From: Alphaproteobacteria bacterium
GTDB taxonomy: Bacteria; Pseudomonadota; Alphaproteobacteria; UBA828
Length of the DNA stretch: 64,000 nucleotides
Assembly (NCBI GenBank): GCA_963422645.2
Contig: CAXXVO010000009.1
Location: 64,001 to 128,000 of the forward strand
Direction: 5' to 3'
The position numbers and the translations under genes are program-made. Below, piece by piece: positions 58,570-64,000 of this stretch (the stretch's first letter is position 1; every line of letters begins with the position of its first letter). The notes beneath the pieces were generated by a model that was not told the DNA's origin, did not search any database, and saw nothing but the letters and a program-made list of their open reading frames with translations.

Positions 58570-59522
58570 GCGTCGCCGGCGGCGCCCGCATCGGGCGCCG
58601 GCAGTCCCATGCCCTCCAACGCATCGCGCATCAGCTCCAGCGCCATCCGCAGCAGGCGGTATGAAGCCTCGGCGGTCATGAAGGCTGCGTGGGGCGTCAG
58701 CGTCACGTTCTCCAGCGCCGCCAGAGGATGAGTCCCGTCGATCGGCTCGTCGGCGAAGACATCGAGACCGGCGGCGCGAATCTTGCCGGCCTGCATGGTC
58801 TCGATCAGGGCCGCCTCGTCGATGACCGCACCCCGCGCGGTGTTGATCAGCATGGCGCCGGGGCGCATCAGGGCGAGGCGGCGGGCATCGACGATGCCCT
58901 CGGTCTCGTCGTTGAGGCCGAGATGAAGCGAGACAACGTGGGATTCCGCGAGCAGCGCGTCGAGGGTCTCGACCGGAGTGCAGGCGAGGTCGGCGGGCAC
59001 GCCGCTACGGTTCCAGGCGATGACCTCCATGCCGATGCCGGCGCCGAGACGCACCATCTCGCGGCCGACTCCGCCGGTGCCGACGACGCCGAGGGTCTTG
59101 CCCGCGAACTCCACGCCGTCGAGCGTGCGCCAGGAGCCGGCGCGCAGCGCGCGGTCCATCCGCGCGGTCTGGCGGCCGCAATCGAACATCAGCGCGAGCG
59201 CGTGCTCGGCCACCGTGACGTCGCCGTAGCCCTTGATGGTGCGTACCTCGATGCCGAGTTTTTCGGCCGCCGCCACGTCGATGTAGCTCGATGCGCCGGT
59301 GCCCATGAAGACGATGACCTTCAGCGCGCGGCAGGCGGCCAGCACCTCCTCCGGCATGTAGGTGTGGTCGTTGATGACGCCGACCGCATCGCCGACGTAG
59401 GCCGCGACGTCGTCGCCCGGCACGTCGTCGATGGTCATGGCCAGGTCGGGAACGATGGCCTTGAGCTCCTCGTCGTAGAGCTCGGCCAGGAAGGAAGGAC
59501 AGTCGAAGAAGATCGCGCGCAC
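58566..59522 (-). CDS. D-isomer-specific 2-hydroxyacid dehydrogenase
   Basis: GKTLGVVGTGGVG, LINTARG, GLDVFADEP, LTPHAA. Confidence 0.9.
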   Translation of the reverse strand: MRAIFFDCPSFLAELYDEELKAIVPDLAMTIDDVPGDDVAAYVGDAVGVINDHTYMPEEVLAACRALKVIVFMGTGASSYIDVAAAEKLGIEVRTIKGYGDVTVAEHALALMFDCGRQTARMDRALRAGSWRTLDGVEFAGKTLGVVGTGGVGREMVRLGAGIGMEVIAWNRSGVPADLACTPVETLDALLAESHVVSLHLGLNDETEGIVDARRLALMRPGAMLINTARGAVIDEAALIETMQAGKIRAAGLDVFADEPIDGTHPLAALENVTLTPHAAFMTAEASYRLLRMALELMRDALEGMGLPAPDAGAAGDA

Positions 59523-59603
59523 CGCTCGCCTCCAAGGATCGCTATGTACGGCCGATTGTAGCAGGCAGCGCGGCCACTCGCGTGGCCGGGCGTGCGGCGC
59601 CCT

Positions 59604-60611
59604 TCACGGCGTGCCCTCCGCTCGCCGTGGGGCCGCGACGCTTCGGCGCCGGGCGCCGGTGTTGACCAGCCAGATGCCGACCACCATGCAGGCCAGCGCC
59701 GCCCACACCCAGATGCTGAGCGTCTCGTCGAAGAGAATTAGCGCCCAGAAGATGCCGGCAGCGACCACCAGGTAGTTGAACTGGGCGAAGAACACCGCGC
59801 CGGCGCGCCGCGTCACCTCCTGGAAGCAGTAGAAGGTGATGCAGTGGATCGCCGCGACCCAGACCATGGCGCCGATGCCCTGCCATCCGGCGTCGGTGAA
59901 GAGATAGGGGCCGTCCGCAATCAGCATCACCGGCAGCATGCAGAGGGCGCCAACAAGCAGGATGCCGCAGGCGAGCGCGAGCGAATCCGTCTGCGGCGGG
60001 CGGTAGGCGGCGGCGACCACATTGGAGCCCGCAGCCGCGATCGCAGCCACCAGCGCCACCAGCATCCAGACCCAGGCGCCGGCTTCGGGCAGGGCCTGGT
60101 CGGGCAGCACGATCAGCAGCACGCCGCCCGCTCCGAGGGACAATCCCGCGAGGCTCAGCGCCTCGAAGCGCTCCATCCGTATGGCGAAGGACATCAGATA
60201 GGTGAGCCCCGGCACCAGGGTGAGCACCAGGGTGATCACGCCCGCCGGAAGCTCGCGCGCGGCAAAGGCGGTCGCGAGCACCGGCAACATCAATGCGAGC
60301 ACGGCCAGGCGGGCGTACTGCAGCAGGTGTGCGCGGCTCATCGGCGGCAGCTTGCCGGTCACGGCGCCCACGATCAGCAGCGCGAGACCGGCGAAGAGGG
60401 CGATCCAGAAGGTATAGGCGAAGACCGGGAAGGCGACCCCGGCCGCGAGCTTGTTGGCCGAGAAGATGCCGCCGTACGAGATGCCGCCAAGGAGGAGCAG
60501 CAGCGTCGGAACGATGAGCGCGCGCCCGCGCAGGCGCCCGGTATCGGCCGTGCCGGTCCCCGGCGCGACGCCTTGCGTGGCGTTCTTATTCTCTGGCGGC
60601 GCTGCCGGCAT
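59604..60611 (-). CDS. DMT/EamA family transporter
   Basis: About 10 hydrophobic segments in two repeats; start uncertain (60611 or 60620). Confidence 0.82.
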   Translation of the reverse strand: MPAAPPENKNATQGVAPGTGTADTGRLRGRALIVPTLLLLLGGISYGGIFSANKLAAGVAFPVFAYTFWIALFAGLALLIVGAVTGKLPPMSRAHLLQYARLAVLALMLPVLATAFAARELPAGVITLVLTLVPGLTYLMSFAIRMERFEALSLAGLSLGAGGVLLIVLPDQALPEAGAWVWMLVALVAAIAAAGSNVVAAAYRPPQTDSLALACGILLVGALCMLPVMLIADGPYLFTDAGWQGIGAMVWVAAIHCITFYCFQEVTRRAGAVFFAQFNYLVVAAGIFWALILFDETLSIWVWAALACMVVGIWLVNTGARRRSVAAPRRAEGTP

Positions 60612-60709
60612 CGGCCGCACGGTAGCGGCCGGGCACGGGCCTTGGCAAACCCGTGCGGCGGGTCTACATCGTGGGAGATGGCGAATTCGTGGCTTTGAAG
60701 GCGCGAGCG

Positions 60710-60940
60710 ATGGCGGACCTGACAGTCCGAAACGTCAACCAGGAGCTGGTGGACGCCCTCAGGCGGCGTGCCGCTGCCAACGGTCGCTCCGTGGAGACAG
60801 AGCACCGGGAACTGCTAAGTGCGGCGCTATTGGGGGCGGAAAAGAACTTCGTGACGCGGGCCACCGCACTGCGGCAACGGCTGCATTCCTTGGTCGACAC
60901 CACCCATGTCATTCGCGCAGACCGGGACGGTGAGTCGTGA
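60710..60940 (+). CDS. FitA-like ribbon-helix-helix protein
   Basis: MADLTVRNV..ELV.AL..RAA.NGRS.E.EHR.LL. Confidence 0.82.
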   Translation: MADLTVRNVNQELVDALRRRAAANGRSVETEHRELLSAALLGAEKNFVTRATALRQRLHSLVDTTHVIRADRDGES

Positions 60941-61281
60941 TCACCTCACTCCACCTTTTGGATTTCAAGAACTTCGAAAGTGAGGCCCTGCGAGTCGGCC
61001 CGTTCACCTTAATCGTCGGGGCCAACGCCAGCGGCAAGAGCAACATCCGCGATGCCTTCCGCTTCCTCCATGGCATTGGACGGGGCTATACGCTCGCTGA
61101 GATCATCGGTGGAAAGCGCCTCGGCGGCGGGCTTGAATGGGAGTCGATCCGAGGTGCTCCCCGGGAAATTGCGAGAGTGGAGAACGGCGTCTTCGCTCTA
61201 GGTGCAAATGTAACGGTGGCAAACGTGTACTTAAAATGTAACTACCCAGGTACCCCGCCGCCAGTTCTGAGTGCGTGCTGA
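60937..61281 (+). pseudogene. N-terminus of an ABC-type (AAA_21/AAA_15-like) ATPase, truncated at an IS66-type end
   Basis: MITSLHLLDFKNF...FTLIVGANASGKSNIRDAFRFL (Walker A); no Walker B; reads into GTAACTACCCAGGT at 61238 and stops soon after. Confidence 0.78.
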
Positions 61282-61346
61282 TGTTGCTTGCCGTCGGTGC
61301 CGTTTCGCCGTCGGCGCGTCGTTGATCTCCGCTTGACTGTATAGGT

Positions 61347-63706
61347 TCAGACTTCCTGACCTCTGCTGATTTTAGGTGACACGAGCCGCGCGGATTCCGA
61401 GGCCCCGTCGATGTCGTAGACTATGCGCAGACGGGTGCCGGGGAAGACCGTTTCGGTGGCGTTCAGGTCGCTCAGAACCGCATCGATCCAACGGTCGCAG
61501 GCGTCGTTTGCGAGGCCAAGAATGTGGACCCGCAGGAGGCCATTGCCAGGATCCGGCAGGATGTCGGCATCGGCGGTGAGCAGCGCTTGAAGCAGTTTCC
61601 GGGGATGGGGCTTGTGGCCCTGCGCCTGCATGACGGGAAGCATCATGCGGGTTTCGGCGCGGTAGGCGATCATCCGGATGACGTCGAGGAGGAGGCGCTC
61701 GCGCGCGGGCAAGGCATCGAGCTGCTCGGCTTCGTCGAGGTCGCCGGCCCGGCAGTGCTTGGGCGTCTCCCTGCGGCTGGCCCTGACGATGTCGCGGACA
61801 TCCTGGAGGTCCCTGACTTCCCTCCTGAGTTCCGCCGTCGGCTGCTTCTTCCGGGCCGTGTCGGCGATGCGGTTGCGCAGGCGGCCAAGCTGGCGGTCGA
61901 GGCGATGGATTGCCTTGTCATAGGCCCGCCGCAGCGGGTTGACGACCATGGCGGCGGGATCGAGAGGCTCGAGCTCGTGGGTCGGCAGGGCGTCGAGATT
62001 GAACTCGTCACGCATGTACTTGAAGAAGTTCTCCTGCGACCAGCGCGAGAACATGGCGCCCGCAACCTCAGCCATCGGCTTGTGCGGATCGGTGGTGATC
62101 AGCGGCACCTGACGGCCGTTGTCGAGCAGGCGGCGGATCTGGCGCACCCTGAAGCCGTTCGGCAACGTCACCGGCTTCTCAGCCAGCCGCATGGTGGCGC
62201 TGCCGTCCGCCGCCGGTCCGTGAATGGGAACGGTCATCGCGCCGAAGTCCTCGGCCGGCCAGTCCTCGCCCCTGAAGTTCTTGTGCCAGGTCAGGCAGGC
62301 GACGCCGCGCCTCGCCAGCCGGCGGAACAGATCCGGGCTCCAGCCCTCGCGGTCGAAGACCAGGGTGAGCGCCGGCTGGCCGGGATGCTCGGCGGTCAGG
62401 TCCGGCGCCCCGGCGCCAACGATCCCAAGCTCCTGCAGCGCCGGCACCACGTCGGCTTCGATGGCCGCGACCATCTTCGGGTCCAGCGGCTTGTGCAGAC
62501 AGAGCAGCGGCTTGCCGCCCAGAGCGTTGATCCAGTAGCTGGCGCTCGCCGGCAGGCACAGCTTCTCGCGCGAGACGAAGTGCTTGGGCAAGCGCCCCTT
62601 GCGGCCGGAGTAGACCTTGACGTGCCCGTCGATGGCCAGCGTCGCCCAGAGCTCCGGCTCGTCGGCGCCTGCCAGCGCCTGGCAAGGGCGAGCTGCCACG
62701 CCCGCACGCCGGCCTCGTCGTCGGCGATGAGAGCGATCTTGCGGCGCAGCGTCTTGACCTCGGGGCAGCGATCGAGGCCGAGAATGGCGCCCCATTCGCC
62801 CGGCGCCTGGTAGCGCAGGCTCTCGGGGTTGCGCACCCGCGCCAAGGTCATGAAGGCCAGGAAGAGCAGGATCGTAGGCAAGCCGTAATAGCCCTTCGGC
62901 AGCAATGGCAGGAGACCGGTCTCGGAGAGAAGACCTTCCTTCAGCAGGGCCGGCAGGGCGGCGAGCACGCCGCCGAAGCGGACACCGCGGGCGGCGGCGG
63001 CGAACTGCGGTTCGACCGGCCCCGCCTGTCCACAACTGGCCAGAACCCGAGCCGGAACATCGCAAGTCGCACGCCCCATCGGCGCCTGCCGGTCCCGCCG
63101 ATCGCGCGCGCTGCGATCCGTTTGCGGCTGCGCTTCCAGCCCCGGCGCCGTCTCCGGCCCCGGGGCACCGGTACTCTCTTCATCGACACGGCCTTCAGGA
63201 GCCGCACCCGCGTCAGGCGGCGCAGCCAGCGCTGAGCGTCCGGGCTCCCCATCCGCCTCCGTGTTGCCGATCAGTCCCTGACGGCGCCACTTGTTGACCG
63301 ATGGCGCTGACACGCCGAGAACCCGGGCCGCCGCAGAGCCGCTCAGGCCCGATGCCAGCAACGCCGTCGCCTTCTCCGCCAACTCCGGAGTGAACACCGA
63401 CGGCCCGCGACCGCGCCGGGGCTTCATGAACCCCGCTTCGCCCTCGGCCAGGTAGCGCCGTCGTGCGCGCTGCACCGTCGCGCGCGAGACAGCGAAAGCG
63501 TCAGCCAGTTCCTGCGGCGAGACCGCGCTGATCGCCGCGAGGCGGCCGATCCGCAAGAGCATGGCCGTGCGGTCATCGGCGGCGTGGCTGTCAAAGGGAA
63601 TGAGGTTGGAAAAGTAGGTGAAGGTGTCGTCCGAGATCAGGACGGCGAAGCAGCTGTTGCCGATCGAGACCGCCTCTGGAGGGCACATTGGGAGGGTACT
63701 GGGCAT
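61347..63706 (-). pseudogene. Large HTH + DDE transposase with a frameshift near 62665
   Basis: Two HTH-like segments, GEWG..LGLDRCPEVKTLR, then in the shifted frame AIDGHVKVY, VFDREGWS, RWSQENFFKYM; frame switch at TGG CAG GC|GCC GAC GAG. Confidence 0.75.
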
Positions 63707-63860
63707 GGTTGAGACCGTGCAATTGGTATCAAATTATAATATCAGACCTCGGGCGCGACACCCAGCGAAAAACCGCCTGAAACAACCGAAATGTATCAGA
63801 ATTCAAGGAGTTCCCGGCACGCTGCCCAGAACAGCCAGCATCACGAGGTCAGGAAGTCTG
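61348..63860 (-). mobile_element. Unclassified (ISNCY-like) DDE insertion sequence, about 2.5 kb
   Basis: Perfect TIRs CAGACTTCCTGACCTC (61348-61363) / GAGGTCAGGAAGTCTG (63845-63860), flanked by AGGTT direct repeats (61343-61347, 63861-63865). Confidence 0.85.
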
Positions 63861-63907
63861 AGGTTATCTCGCCTATGGGTTGCACTCTCGCATGAGAGGA
63901 GCAGCCG

Positions 63908-64000
63908 GTGGGGTATTTCGGGTCGAAGGCGACGACCGGTCTGAGCCAGGCGCTGATTGCGCTGATGCCGCCGCACTCTGTCTATATCGAGAGCCATCTT
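63908..64000 (+). CDS. Dam-like (D12-class N6-adenine) DNA methyltransferase, N-terminal fragment, cut by window end
   Basis: GAGAGGAG RBS then GTG: (M)GYFGSKATTGLSQALIALMPPHSVYIESHL, matching the Y.G.K...I...PPH..Y.E..LG start of Dam-family MTases; not in the supplied ORF track. Confidence 0.7.
   Translation, partial: MGYFGSKATTGLSQALIALMPPHSVYIESHL

Larger units (their letters stand above)
61238..64000 (+). mobile_element. Left part of a putative IS66-related element carrying a DNA methyltransferase, continuing beyond the window
   Basis: GTAACTACCCAGGT (61238-61251) matches the IS66 TIR at 19094 at 13/14 positions and coincides with the ATPase truncation; other end not in window. Confidence 0.55.

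Noticed and set aside
62660-62675. Programmed ribosomal frameshift in the transposase
   Set aside because: No A6G or X XXY YYZ slippery heptamer at the frame switch; a mutation or sequencing indel is more likely
1-64000. CRISPR array or rRNA genes
   Set aside because: No regularly spaced direct repeats with unique spacers and no rRNA-like sequence noticed

Overview
High-GC chromosomal window, most consistent with an alphaproteobacterium (thiE-efp-suhB synteny, phaR, FadN-type beta-oxidation operon). A host-associated lifestyle is possible given the Fe/2OG oxygenases, TA modules and IS activity, but this is only inference. The window is dominated by catabolic genes: CoA ligases/transferases, acyl-CoA dehydrogenases, two tandem SMP-30 lactonases next to tRNA-Val(CAC), and many C-N hydrolases (two amidases, acetamidase/formamidase, nitrilase-family, cytosine deaminase, HyuA/HyuB, fused oxoprolinase) plus a Pot-like ABC importer. 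Several genes are visibly damaged: a single-ORF IS66 with 8-bp TSD splits a flavin monooxygenase, an amidase has a 5-bp duplication, yceI has a 1-nt frameshift, a cadI/arsI-like gene is truncated, and an Sdh/Frd-like flavoprotein N-terminus is fused in frame to a 2Fe-2S domain. The most notable items are (i) a nested element at the right end, where an IS66-type end truncates an RHH + ABC-ATPase operon, appears to carry a Dam-like DNA methyltransferase, and is itself interrupted by an unclassified ~2.5-kb DDE IS (16-bp TIRs, 5-bp TSD), and (ii) a small TRASH-like four-Cys protein heading a HyuA/HyuB operon with altered metal-site motifs.
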